DNA from: Mobula hypostoma
Lineage: Eukaryota
DNA length: 64,000 bases
NCBI RefSeq assembly: GCF_963921235.1
Contig: NC_086097.1
Span: 196,480,001 to 196,544,000, forward strand
Reading direction: 5' to 3'
The notes below the pieces were generated by a model. It saw only the letters and a list, made by a program, of their open reading frames with translations, made no database searches and was not told the DNA's origin. Positions 14,433 to 27,577 of this stretch are shown one piece after another. Both the position numbers and the translations under genes were made by a program. Each line of letters opens with the position of its first letter. Positions within the stretch are counted from its first letter, which is position 1.

Positions 14433-15451
14433 AGTTTACATAAACTTCTGTTCATCCAAAACTCCATAAATAGACTTGTACAAAATCTCATTTATTTTTC
14501 AGCAACATTTGCTGATCTTCATTGCCACAAAATATGGGACGAACTCAATGAAAAAAAATCTGTTTTGTTTCTAAAATATTCAATGACCTTGCACTTTCCT
14601 AGCTCTGTTATGATCTCCATTCCTGCGAGCCTTTCAAGTCCTAGAGTTAGTATCCATGAAAGTGTCCAAATGGTCTTTAAGTGTTGTCACTGCACCTTTG
14701 AGATCTTTGTACTCGTCCAAAACTGGCAGCCTTTGCATATAGATCCTCTACAGGCTGCCTTGCTGTCAGCTACCTAAATATTGAATGCCCTTTCAATACT
14801 CCTCTAGATTATTAGCTGCTATCCGTTAAAATGCTTTGCAAAAACACTTCCTCAAAAAAAAACATTTGATCAGCTGCCTGAAAATCTTTTTTTGTGATTC
14901 AGTTATTTTATTTTTATTGCTGAAGTCCTTAATGTGCTTTAGTGCTTCCTGTTTTTCAAAGCAGCTTATTATGGCAATTTATTGCCATTGCTGCTATTCA
15001 GTCAGAATGTAATTCCCTTAAGAATCTCATTAAAATAAATACCTTGCTTGAAGTTCTCGAAAAATTACCTTGGAGTTTTGAATACCTATGTTCTTTAACA
15101 AGATCTTGATTTTCTTTTATCCAGTATGACATTTGTATGGAAAATTATCTGAGAAAATAATGATATTCCTGGTGCATGATATGTCACATCTGTCACAACA
15201 CTATTTAGGCTACCTTAAATATGCTATTCTTTAATTGAGATTCTATAATTAAAATTGCATTTATGGCCAGAATAAACAGTAGTAATGTAACGACATGCCT
15301 TTTCCATTGAGGTATTTGTCTGATTCATGTTACCTCTGGAGTTATTGAACATCACCACAAACCCTATAAGATAACACCATCCCACTATTTCATTTTAACT
15401 CTGGCATATGCATTTGTCCCAACATGATCAACTGAAATACTAATTCATCAC

Positions 15452-16017
15452 CTGTGGAGGTCCAGTCAATAACAATCGGCGGCGGTGGAAGTTTCCAGAA
15501 CTTCCCTCACTTTTATTGCTATAGTCCGCATGATGTTGCCTGGGAATTGTCCACTGTCGATAATAAAGTGACTGTTCTTCACTGCTCAAGTCCTTGTGAA
15601 ACAGTGATCTCAGTGGGCTAGTCCAAGTCATATCAGCATGAGGCAACAGAGAGGCAGAGCACAGGTGTTCATTTCTTGCTGAGCCAAGGAGATGATAGAC
15701 TGGCTTTGATAAAATTACAGTCCTTGGAAAAATGAGGTGTGGAGTCCTTAGGTCCTTATTGTCTAGAATAGATTGGCGAGAATTTCCAGATAATGAGGAT
15801 GATTTTGAAACTGTGCTGCTTGCAGTTTCCTTCCCTTCCATGTCACTTTCCTGTTTGCAGCCCTCACTGCATACACTGGTTGAGATGTGCGAGGTGTATG
15901 TGGAAGTGCCTTCATCAGTTGAACTGTTCACAATGTGCTGGAAGCTAAGAGATGAAGCAGGCCTCTGTGATGAGTCAAGAGCAATGGAAGAGCTCACTCC
16001 ATTCTCCGCTAAGGAAC
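15452..16017 (-). CDS. GREB1L: GREB1L exon 16 (566 nt): SLAENGVSSS...SEEQSLYYRQW...RRLLLTGPPQ
   Basis: Strong peptide match; aacag acceptor, CAG|gtgatg donor. Confidence 0.95.
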
Positions 16018-17626
16018 CTGTTTGAAAAAAATTCAAATTTATTGTTAATTATCAACACCACATAGTGAAACTTGTGCATTTAAAGTATGAAAGAATATTT
16101 AGTGCTCTTTAGGGGTAGATGACATTTTTAAATACATTTTCAAAACTTATACTTTTTCTGTCATATTTTCCAATTTTAATTGCATCTTACAACATCCTAT
16201 GCTTAGGTAGTGTAAAAGTCAACTAAAATAAATAATTCAAGAAGAATGTCCAAAGAATAGTGTGTGTTTTGAGTAGGATCCTCAAGGAAGCTTTCCAGAC
16301 CATTTTGATGGTATAATCTGAAGCCACAGTGATACTCAGGGGAATGGTGACTGTGGTAAGGACAAGGTTACAGAAATACATGAAGGAATTTGAATATGAA
16401 GATAAGAATTTAAATTCTTTACTTCAGAGAACTGCACTCCTGTTGAATTACCAAACTAGGGTGGCGGGGGGTGGGATGTAGAGGGCAGGGAATGGTGAGT
16501 AGTATTCTGGGTGAGCTGGGGCTAAATATGGGAGGCCAAGCTAATCAGCCACTCACATTTGTTCCACCATTTAACGGTATGACTGAACTTCTTTTCTCCT
16601 TGCTCCTCCGTATTTTTGGTGAATAAAAATGTATCAATTTCAGATTTTAAAATAATAATTGATCTAGTTTCAATTGACATTTGAATGAAGATGAGCATTC
16701 AAAAGTTCTAACAACCATCACATAGAGAAACGTTTCTTAATTTCATTCTGAAAGGCATGGTTCTAACTTCAGACTGTGTTTCCCAGTCATCGACTCTACA
16801 ATCTGTGGAAATGATCTGTGACTGGATAAAGGGAAACTTTGATAAAAAAAAATCACTCCTTAACCCTCTATATTCCTAGTACGTACAATTTCATATCATA
16901 ATTTCACTAGAGTCCAAGTGTCATTCAGCTAAAATCATAGCTGTGTTGCCTTAAAACAAATATAAATCCTGCCCTATGTCGAAAAATTATGTCCAGCATT
17001 GCTTGCTATATTCTAGTGATTTAAACAAGGCTTTGCAGAACCCTGTGTAGATTATACAAGGCAGTAGCAGTTATAAAGGGAATACTAATCATACATTAGC
17101 TTCATGATTACCTTCTACACACTCATGATTTTCAATGATGTACATGGATACAAAGTTTCCCTTGACTCCTACTGGTTCTAGCTTTTCACCATTTAAAAAT
17201 TATTTTCTGCTTATACTATTGCAGACTGTTTATTCCATCTGCCTGCACCATTCCATTTGCACATTATTTAACCTGTGAACATTTCTATGATTTTCTGATT
17301 CTCTCTACACTGCTTAAAGTGCTGCCTATCTTCTTGGAAGAGTTGTGAATGTCATTTTCAACATTATCTATATCACTATAGTAAATCGTTTAAAGGACAC
17401 AAAAGGATATTAGACCACAAGACATTGGAGCAGAATTGGGTGATTCAGCCCAACAAATCTGCTCCATCATATTGTCAATGTTTTCTATAATGAGGGACTC
17501 TAGGACCAGGGTGTACCGTGATCTATTGTTCAGTCTTCAGTTAAGGCTCTCTTGGTGTTGTGGGTGGACCATAAATGTGATTGAACATGAATAGGAATTG
17601 TGTTGGGAACTATAACCCTCAAATTA

Positions 17627-19554
17627 AAAGCCGTGGATGAACCAGGAGGTACGTCGTCTGCTTAAGGCTAGATCTGCGGCATTCAAGTCTGGCCACCCAG
17701 GCCTGTACCAGAAAACCAGGTATGATTTGCAGAGGACTATTTCAAGGGGGAAGAGACAATTTCAAACAAGAATGGAAGTGACACTGCATGCATGACAACT
17801 CCAGCAGGGCTTGCAAGATATTACTTCCTACAAAGCGAGACCCAATAGTATGAATGGCAGCGAAGCTTCACTACCAGATGAACTCAACGCCTTTTATGCC
17901 CGCTTTGAAAAGGAAAATGCAACTATAGCTGTGGAGATCCCTGCTGCACCAGATGACCCTGTGATTTCTGTCTCAGAGAGAGAACCCTCACAAGGCAAAA
18001 GGTCCCGATGGAGTACCTGGTAAGACTCTGAAAACCTGTGCCAACCAACTGGTGGGAGTATTCAAGGACATTTTCAACCTCTCACTGCTACAGTTGGAAA
18101 TTCCCACTTGCTTCAAAAAGGCAACTATTATACCAGTGCCTAAGAAGAATAACGTGGGTTACCTTAATGACTATTGCCTGGTAGCACTCACATCTACAGT
18201 GATGAAATGCTTTGAGAGGTTGGTCATGACTAGACTGAACTCCTGCCTCAGCAAGGACCTGGGCCCATTGCAATTTGCCTATTGCCACAATAGGTCAACA
18301 GCAGATGCAATTTCAATGGCTCTCCATGCGGCTTTAGACCACCTGGCCAACACAAAAACCTATGTCAGGTTGCTGTTCATTGACTACAGCTCAGTATTTA
18401 ATACCATCAGTCCCACAATTCCCTGATTGAGAAATTGCAGAACCTGGGCCTCTGTACCTCCCTCTGCAATTGTATCCTTGACTTCCTAATCGGAAGACCA
18501 CAATCTGTGCGATTGGTGATAATATCTCCTCTTCATTGACGATCAACACTAGTGCACCTCCAGGGTGTGTGCTTAGCCCACTGCTCTACTCTCTATATAC
18601 ACATGACTGTGTGACTAGACATAGCTCAAATACCATCTATAAATCTGCTGACGATACAACCATTATTGGTGGAATCTCAGGTAGTGACATGAGGGCGTAC
18701 AGGAGTGAGATATCCCAACTAGTGGAGTGGTGCCACACCAACAACATGGCACTCAACGTCAGTGAGACGAAAGAGCTGATTGTGGACTTCCAGAAGGGTA
18801 AGATGAAGGAACACACACCAATCCTCAGAGGGATCAGAAGTGGAGAGAGTGAGCAGTCTCAAGGTCCTGAGTGTCAAGGTCTCTGAGGACCTAACTTGGT
18901 CCCAACATGTCGATGCAGTTATAAAGTAGGCAAGACAGTGGCTATACTTCATTAGGAGTGTGAAGAGATTTGGTATTTCATCAAATACACTCAAAAACCT
19001 CTAGAGATGTACTGTGTAGAGCATTCTGACAGGCTGCATCACTGTCTGGTATGGGGGGGGGCTACTGCACAGGATTGAAAGAAGCTGCAAAGGATTGTAA
19101 ATTTAGTCAGCTCCATTTTGGGTACTAGCCTACAAAGTACCCAGGATATCTTCAAGGAGCAGTGTCTCAGAAAGGCATCGTCCATTATTAAGGACCTCCA
19201 GCACCCAGGGCATGCCCTTTTCTCACAGTTACCATCAGTTAGGAGGTAAAAAAGCCTGAAGGCACACACTCAGTGATTCATGAACAGCTTCTTCCCCTCT
19301 GCCATCCGATTTCTAAATGGACATTGAACCCTTGGACACGACCTCACTTTTTAAAAAAATACATTGTATTTCTGTTTTTGCATAATTTTTAATCTATTCA
19401 ATATATGTATGAAGTATAAGGTATATTGAATAAGATTTACTTATTTACTTATTATTATTTCTTTCTATGTTATGTATTGCATTGAACTGCTGCTGCTAAG
19501 TTAACAAATTTCACAGCACACACTGGTGATAAATAACCCTGATTCTGATTCTGA
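17627..19554 (+). mobile_element. Rex1/Babar LINE, 5'-truncated and frameshifted RT
   Basis: [60 protein letters not shown]; (ctgatt)n tail. Confidence 0.9.
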
Positions 19555-20026
19555 CATTCAAATTTTTTTAAGATTCACCCTCGTCTTTGTGGCCTTCTCC
19601 ATTCTTACAATGCTTCCACTTAAATTCTCTGTTCCTCTGGTTATATCCCTTCTTCTTAATTAACTCCAACTTTCAATGCTCATTGAGTGAAGCTCCAAAA
19701 TAGAGGAACCATTTTGAAAGAGGATTAAAAAGAGAACATGGCTGATTAGCAATCTGCTGGCTCACTGTCTCTAGAGTCGAACTTGCCTTTCACTCTCTCC
19801 AACTAATGCTTCTCCTATTCCTTCCAACATTTTGTTTTGGTTCTTTTGACTCTAAGTTCTTTTTTTTTCCCACCAACATTTCTACTTTTTCTTTTCTATG
19901 GAACAGAAGAGCATTAGGATAGAGGTTGACTAATGGAAGCATAAAACTAACTGAAAGAGGTAAAATATTAACAAAATCCCATATATTTGACCAAACCTGG
20001 TGAATACAGAGGAAAAGATCACTAAC

Positions 20027-20271
20027 CTGAGGTTCCAGTGACTGTACTGCTGTTGCTTTGTGGTCTCTCTAAGTCAATCTGCAATTCATCAGATTCATTC
20101 TCATCGATGAAAACTTTCTCTTGATCTTTTTCTGTTCGTTGAAAAATTGCCATAGTTTCTCTGACAGCACTTTTAGAAACATAGCCACAAGCCAGGCCTA
20201 TCTCTTGCTCTAGAGTTGTTCGTGTAAGGTAGCTGGAGTCAATTAGCCTAAGATCACAGTACTTCATGGAC
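20027..20271 (-). CDS. GREB1L: GREB1L exon 15 (245 nt): [18 protein letters not shown]...[16 protein letters not shown]
   Basis: Strong peptide match; ttaag acceptor, G|gttag donor. Confidence 0.95.
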
Positions 20272-20478
20272 CTTAATATAAAAATTGAAATATGCCACAA
20301 ATAACCAAACAAATTCTTAAAGTCCCACGCTGTTAAAATCAAATTCACATCAATAAAATATGCATGAGGGTTTATAAAAAAAGGCCTTTTATAGTCCTAA
20401 ATAAAGAAATTGAAATTAGCTTGTTTTAAACCACCTCATCCAGAGCACAATATAGGAAAATGCACCCTATTTTAAATA

Positions 20479-21360
20479 CAGGTCGACCTTCTATAATCCA
20501 GCACCACTGGGACCTGAGGAGTGCCGGATTAGTGAAAATGTCGAATTACAGAAGGATCACATTAAGCAACAGCTAACCGCCTGATCATACCTTTAAAATA
20601 TCAAAGGATTCAAAGGTTCATTTAATGTCAGAGAAATGTATACAATATACATCCTGAAATGCATTTTCTTCGCAACCATCTATGAAAACAGAGGAGTGCC
20701 CCAAAGAACGAACAACAGTTAAATGTTAGAACCCCTAAGTTCCCCCACCCGCTCCCCTCCCTCCCCCATGTAAAGCGGCAGCAAGCAACAAAAAATAAAG
20801 CGCACCCACTACCAGCACTCAAGCATGAGCTAAGCGATAGCAAAGACACAGATAGACTTGCAATTAACCACCACCGCCCAGGGATTCAGCGCTGGGCACT
20901 TCCCTCTTAGTTACTGAGAGAACCCTCGTTAGTTTCTTTTCCTCTGCTTAGTAATTTGCTTAAATTCAGCAGGTGACCACATCTGATCTGAGATCATAGG
21001 CAGAAGAGAACGGAGTGCCGGCCTGGCAACGCTGGAGGGCGTGCGCGACTGCTGGCAGGCGGGCGAGAACGTGGACTGACTCAACACGCACCAGCTCCCC
21101 TGCCGCTGGCAGGAAAGATGGGCCGGTGCGCCTCACGCAAATGATATTAATAATTGCAGGAAAACAAGCAGGAATCGCCTGTCTGTGCTTACAAGAGCAC
21201 GCCAGCACGTGAACAGATCTAGCGCAACCAAAACAATGCGCAGCAGACTGGTACGGTGGCCCGGAAAATTTGAAATTACGGTTGCGTGGGAAGTTTGGAA
21301 TCAGTGCGGATTATCGAAGGAACCGGATTACAGGTAGTTGGATTATAGAAGGTCGACCTG
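20479..21360. mobile_element. Tc1/mariner-superfamily (Tigger/pogo-like) non-autonomous element
   Basis: Perfect 22-bp TIR caggtcgaccttctataatcca, TA on both flanks, and subterminal ggatta repeats. Confidence 0.92.
20601..20869 (-). mobile_element. 3' end of a non-LTR retroelement nested in the Tigger-like element
   Basis: Reverse complement matches about 32820-33096, including the attaaatgaacctttga tail. Confidence 0.8.
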
Positions 21361-21396
21361 TACTATGATGTTATCAGCTTTTTAAAAATTACTTAC

Positions 21397-21512
21397 CGTG
21401 GAAATGATTCCCCAAGTGGATCTTTACCAGTTAAAATAACAATACATGGGAGACCTTCCAAATCCTGATACGTAAGTGGGTTCCAATCGTCCTGCTCACA
21501 TCCTCTCCATCC
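21397..21512 (-). CDS. GREB1L: GREB1L exon 14 (116 nt): [38 protein letters not shown](R)
   Basis: Strong peptide match; ttgtag acceptor, CG|gtaagt donor. Not in the ORF track. Confidence 0.95.
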
Positions 21513-22176
21513 CTACAAGTCAAGGCAATAGGGAATTCAGGAGAAATTTCTAAACCCAAAAATTAACTACCATAATGAGATAAAAACAACTACACAAAGA
21601 TTTAAAGAAGAATGGAAAAGAAGGGTGTGCTGATGGAGTTATTTAGGATTGGTGGAAGATTATTTGTATGCAACACAAACAAAACCTTGTAACATCTGGG
21701 ACAAGTAGCTCATTTCTGGAGTTAAAAGATTATGCTACTGTAACTCATTAGTTTTACAATTAAAAGCACCCATCCTGTAAGCTCCATGTGGTAGAGCACT
21801 GAACTTATTTATTTCATTTATTCTGAACTTTCTTCTGCTCTCTATTATTCTTTAATCTTGTCCAGATTCAACGCACTGTTGTAATGAGTTAATCTGTATG
21901 AAGGTATGCAAGACAAGTTTTTCACTGTACCTCAGTACATGTGACAATAATAATAAACAAATAATAAGCCAAATATAAATATCTATCGTCATTTCACTAT
22001 TTCTTCTAACTTGCATGAACAGGCTGAATCAAAAACAAAATGCAAATGATTGCCTGCGCAGTTAATACCGATAATTTGGAGAACCTGCTGATTCTGAGCA
22101 GACAATTCATGAATACAAAATTAATTTGGCTATATATGTAAGATTCAAACAAGAGTGAATTTGTGCTGACATTAGG

Positions 22177-23950
22177 AAGGTCACCAGTGCTTTATAAAAT
22201 CTCAACATTACATCTTTATTTTTGTAGTCTAGTCCACTTGAAATAAATTCTAACATTACATTTGCCCCCCTCACCACAGGCTCAACTTGCAAATTAACCT
22301 TTAGGGAATCCCATACAGGGACTCAAGTCCCTTTGTACTTCAGTTTTTTGTATTTTCTCTCCATTTTTAAAATAGTTAACTCCTTCATTTCTTCTACCAA
22401 AGTGCTTGACCATACACCTGCTGAGACTATTCCTTCTGCCATTACTTTGCCCATTCCCCATATCTATCTAAGTCCTTCTGTAGCCTCCTTACTTCTCCAA
22501 AGCTACCTGTCCCTCCACCTATCTTCATATTGTCTCAAACTTTGCAACAAAGCTATCAATTTTATCACCAAATCATTGACATATGATGTAAATAGAGGCA
22601 GTCCAAACACAGAATCCTCTGGAACATCACTAGTCACTGGCAGCCAGCCAGAAAAGGCTCCCTTTATTCCCACTCTTTGCCTCCTGCCAATCAGCCAATG
22701 CTCTATCCATGCTTGTATCTCTCCTGGGCTAGCTATTATAGGCTAGCTTACTTTCATATTCCATCTTTACCTTCTTAATAACATTTTAGTTGTCTTCTGT
22801 TGGTTTTTAAAAGCTTCTAAACCCACTATTTTTTCTTTGCTCTATTATATGCCCTCTCTTTGGCTTTTATGTTGCCTTTGAATTCTCTTGCTAGCCAAGA
22901 GAATTCTGCAATCTTGCCTTTACAATTTTCTTCCTCTTTGGGATGTATGTATCCTCTGCCTTCCAAATTGCTTCTGGAAATTCCAGCCATTGCTGCTCTG
23001 CCATCAGCCCTGCCAGTGTCCTTTTCCAATTAATTCTGGCCAACTCCTCCCTCAAGCCTCTGTAATTCCCTTTACTCCACTGTAATACTGATTCATCTGA
23101 CTTTAGCTTCTTCTCAAATTTCAGGGTGAATTTGATCATATTATGATCATTTTCCCATTAATGTCCTTTTACCCCAAGCTCTCTAATCAATTCTGATTCA
23201 TCACTCAACACCCAATCCAGAATAGCTGATCTTCTTTTGAGCTCAATCACGAGTTGCTCTAAAAAGCCATCTTGTTAGCACGTTAGATAATCTCCCTCCT
23301 GTAATCTAGGACCAGCCTGATTTTCTCAATCTACCTGCATATTGAAGTTCCCCATGATTATTGTAACATTATCCTTTTGACATGCATTTTCTATCTCCCA
23401 TTGTAATTTGTAGGCCACATCTTTATTACTCTTTGGGGATCTATATATAACTCCCATCAGGGTCTTTTTTCCCTAAGCAGTTCCTAACCTCTATCTACAA
23501 CACTTCAACATCTTCCAACCCTATGTCTAATGATTTGATTTCATTTTTTTTTACCAACAGAGCAATGCTGCCCCTTCTGTCTTCTTGCCTATCTTTTTGA
23601 TACAATGTGTATCATTGGACATTAAGCTCCCACCTCTAATCTTTCAGCCATGATTCAGTGATGCCTACAACATCATACCTGCCAATCTGTAACTGTGCTG
23701 CAAGTTCATCTACCTTATTCTGTATACTGCACACATTCAAATACAACACCTGCAGTCTGTACTTTTTTCCAAAGAAACTGCCTGTCCTGCTGAATTCCTC
23801 CAGCATTTTGTGTGCATTGCTCAGATTTCCAGCATCTGGAGATTTTCTCTTGCTTGTGACCTTCAGTCTGTATTCACCCTTTTCGCTTTTGTCCACCTTT
23901 TACGTTGCAGCTCATCCTGATGACTGCAATTGTGCCCTATCAATATTTCT
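22177..23950 (-). mobile_element. Decayed, internally deleted CR1 LINE (APE endonuclease start through RT fragments)
   Basis: LQVLYLNVCSIQNKVDEL...YDVVGITESWL (APE), KGNYRGLREELARINW, and MLRFYKALV. Confidence 0.85.
23762..23858 (+). mobile_element. Short Penelope-like terminal fragment inserted in CR1
   Basis: ctgcctgtcctgctgaattcctccagcattttgtgtg...tttccagcatctg resembles 31985-32082. It is flanked by acctgcagtctgta / accttcagtctgta. Confidence 0.75.
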
Positions 23951-24005
23951 GTGGTATATAAAGTTCATTTCCTTTCCACATTCAAAATTAAAGAGACGTT
24001 CCTAC

Positions 24006-24345
24006 CTTCATTCGTGTAACAAAGTGCTTGGCAACACTGAGTTCCCCAGCAGGGTTGCCCAGAAGTACTTCAAAGCGATACTGCAGGCCGAGCTTATCTC
24101 GAACATCCTGAAGTCGCTCCTTGGCAAGTATTGCCAGCTGCACTGATGGGACTCTTATCAAAAGCATATGTCCACGGCCAAGTTCATCTTTCCCTGGACA
24201 ACTGATCAAGTCATCCATAATACTCAGAGTCTCAGGTGTAGTGTGTTCTCTCAGCAAATTCATTGATGTTACAGCCATCATGGCTTCAGAATACTGCTGA
24301 ATCAGCAGGTAGCATCGGATCACCATACTGTGCAATCGGGGATAC
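24006..24345 (-). CDS. GREB1L: GREB1L exon 13 (340 nt): [21 protein letters not shown]...[19 protein letters not shown]
   Basis: Strong peptide match; tgcag acceptor, AAG|gtagg donor. Confidence 0.96.
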
Positions 24346-25079
24346 CTGCAGAGGCACAGTCACAGTTCTCACCAATGTCATCAGATTCCTTAAGTGTATT
24401 CCAATTTCATAGCGTTACAGAATTTTAACAACACAAGAGGCCATTCTACTCATTGGGCAAGCCATGATGGGAAGGCTTTAGGAACACTCTTTCATTGTTT
24501 CCTCCATCCACCTGGTAATCTCCTGCTGGGATGAAATTCAAGAGCAGAATTCCTATTTTGGGAGTTGGGTATCGTTCACATGAACTTGGTGCCCTGTTCA
24601 GAAGAATCAACTGTGGGTAATTAGGGATACCAGTTTGCTTATCTTGCCTGGAATTTGAAGGATTTCACAAGAAGTAATCTTTCAAATTCCAGGCTGTTCC
24701 TTTCCAAGTGCCTTGAAATGCTAGTTGTAGTATTTGAGCCTCAAGAAACAAACCTGTGAGCAGGAATCGCTGTTACCTGTGAGAACATCAGTTTATGCTA
24801 GGTTAATTCAGACATGGAGAATTGTGCCTGTTTCTATGCATATAGATAAAGGACAAGATAGTAACAAGCTAACATGATAAATAATGTTTTTCAGAACCAC
24901 GATTCTCAATTCTGTGTAAGTTCAGTCGGACCATATTCATGCCTGAAATGCAATGGTATTGGCAAGCAAGTTCCAAGCCATTATTTAATCAAATGCCTTT
25001 TGTAAACAAGATAAAATTTATTGCCCACTCCAAATACCCTGAAAATTTTTATTTAACTACATAACACATGGTTGACATG

Positions 25080-27135
25080 ATAACAATGCAATAGCCACAC
25101 AGGAGAGAGTGCAGAGGAGATTCACCAAGATGTTATCTGGAATGGCAAACTTTAGTTCTGCAGAGATAAGCTGGGCTTGTTTTTCCAAAGAAAAAGGAGT
25201 GACCTGATAGAAGTATGTAAGATGTTGAAAGACATAGATAGGGCTGATAGGGATATCTAAAACAAGAAGAAATAAGTCTAAGGTGAGAGGTAAGAGTTTT
25301 AAAAGGGACCTGAGAGGTAAACTTTTTTTTAAACCCACAGGCTGGCTGATGTCTGAATTGAATTGCCAGAGGGGGAGATAGAATCAGATATAATAATTAT
25401 GCTTAACAGGCACTTAGAAAAACACTTAATTAGACAAGGCATCGTGCCTTCACTTTGCAAGACACTAGCAGTATGCTGGAAGTTCAAGAGTGTCAGGGGC
25501 AGAAGTGAGTGAAGTTGCCATTACAAGGGAAGAGGAGCTTGGAAACCTGAGAAGACAGAAGGTAGATAAATCACCTGAACCAGATGGTTTTCACCCCAGG
25601 GTTCTGGTAGCTGAAGGATTGTGGAGGCATTAGTAATGATCTTTCAAGAATCAATAGATTCTGGCATGGTTGCGCAGGACTGGAAAATTGCAAATGTCTC
25701 TCCACTCTTTAAGAAAGGAGAAAGGCAAAAGAAAGGAAATTATAGGCTAGTTGGTCTGACCTCAATTGTTGGGAAAATGTTAGGGTCGATTATTAAGGAT
25801 GAAGTCTCAGTGTACTTGGAGGCACGTAGTAAAGAATGCCATAGTTAGCATAATTTCCTTAAGAGAAAATCTTGCCTGACAAATCTGTTGGAATTCTTTG
25901 AATAATTAATAAGCAGGATAGACAAAGGAGAATCAGTTTATGTCGTGTACTTGGATTTTCAGAAGGCCCTTGACAACATGCCACACATGAGGCTGCTCAA
26001 CAAGTTAAGAGCCCATGGTACTACAGGAGAGATACAAGAATGGATAGAGCATTGATTGATTGGCAAGAGGCAAACAGTGGAAACAAAGGGAGCCTTTTCT
26101 GGTTGGCTGCCAGTGACGAGTGGTATTCCACAGAGGTCTGTGTTAATGTAGATTCTTCTCAATTTTTATGTCAATGCCTTGGATGACAGAAATGGTGTGT
26201 TTAGGTATGATACAAAGATAGGTGGAGAGGCAGGTAATGTAGAGAGGCTGCAGAAGGACATAGATTAGGAGAATGGGCAAAGAAGTGGCAGATGGAATAT
26301 AGTAACGGGAAGTTTACGGTAATGCATTTGGGTAAAAGAAATAAAAGCATAAATTATTTTCTAAATAGAGAAAAAATTCAAAAATCTTCTGCCAGATTCT
26401 CTAAAAGTTAATTTGCAGGTTTATAGTTTTACATTTATGGTGGGAGATTGGGAGAATTTCCATAATTTTGCTTATGAAGATATTTAACTTTGGAAACATC
26501 ATTGCTATTTGTTAGCATTTGTTTCAAGAGGACTAGAGTATCCTTGATGCACTGCTGAGACTTTATAAGGCACTGGCGAGGCCTCACTTGAAGTATTGTG
26601 CGCAGGTTTGGGTCCCTTATCTAAGAAAGGATATGCTGACATTGAAGAGCATTCAAAGGATGTTTACGAAAATGATTCCGGGATTGAAAGGTTTGTCATT
26701 TATTATTTGAGTATTTGATGACTCCGGGCCTGTACTCACTAGAATTCAGAAGAATGAGAGGGGATCTCATTGAAACCTATCAAATGTTGAAAAGCCTCGA
26801 CAAAGTGGATGCAGAGAGTATGATAAGTGAGTCGAGGACCAGAGGGCACAGCCTCAGAATAGACGGACATCCATTTAGAACGGAGATGGGGAGAAATTCC
26901 TTTAGCCAGAGTGTAGTGAATCTGTGGAATTCATTGCTACAGGCAGCTTTGGAGGCCAAGTTATTGGGTGTATTTAAGGCAGAAGTTAATAGGTTCTTGA
27001 TTCGTCAGGGTGTGAGGGGTCACGGGGAGAAGGCAGGAGATTGGGGCTGAAAGGGAAATCAATCCACTATGATGAAACAGTGCAGTAGAATCAATGAGCT
27101 GAATAGCCTAATTCTGCTCCAATATCTTATGTTCT
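25080..27135 (+). mobile_element. Decayed CR1 LINE fragments (an old 3' piece followed by a longer RT-to-tail piece)
   Basis: DWKIANVSPLFKKGERQKKGNYRLVGLTS, GLYSLEFRRMRGDLIETY, and a CR1 3' UTR. Confidence 0.88.
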
Positions 27136-27443
27136 GAAGATACAGTCCTAATGCAGACAAATGGGATTAGTGCAGTTGGGCAAAAAAGTGTGTACACAGT
27201 GGGCAAATGATTTGTTTCTATGTGTTGGCCTCAATGATTCAATGAATTGGTCATAGCCAGGAATGACAGATAGATGATTTTGCCACAAACTATCAGACCT
27301 ATTAAATATAATTTTAGCACTTTCCATGAAAGCTCATCCAGTGCCATATGACTGGCTACCATATATGCGTATACCTTTCTCAAGAGTAAAGGGGGCAGAT
27401 TAATTTATTATGAAGAAACACCAAGAAAAAAAACACTATTTAC

Positions 27444-27577
27444 CTTTCCATCAAAGTATTCACCATTCTTTCAAAAGCCTCATCACATCTTAGAATTGGA
27501 CTTGTAATGCCCCATTGTAAAGATTTTCTATAATCGGACAAACCAAAGTACACCAACTCCTCACTGCTGAGCTCCTC
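27444..27577 (-). CDS. GREB1L: GREB1L exon 12 (134 nt): [44 protein letters not shown](R)
   Basis: Strong peptide match; gtcag acceptor, AG|gtaaat donor. Not in the ORF track. Confidence 0.94.
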
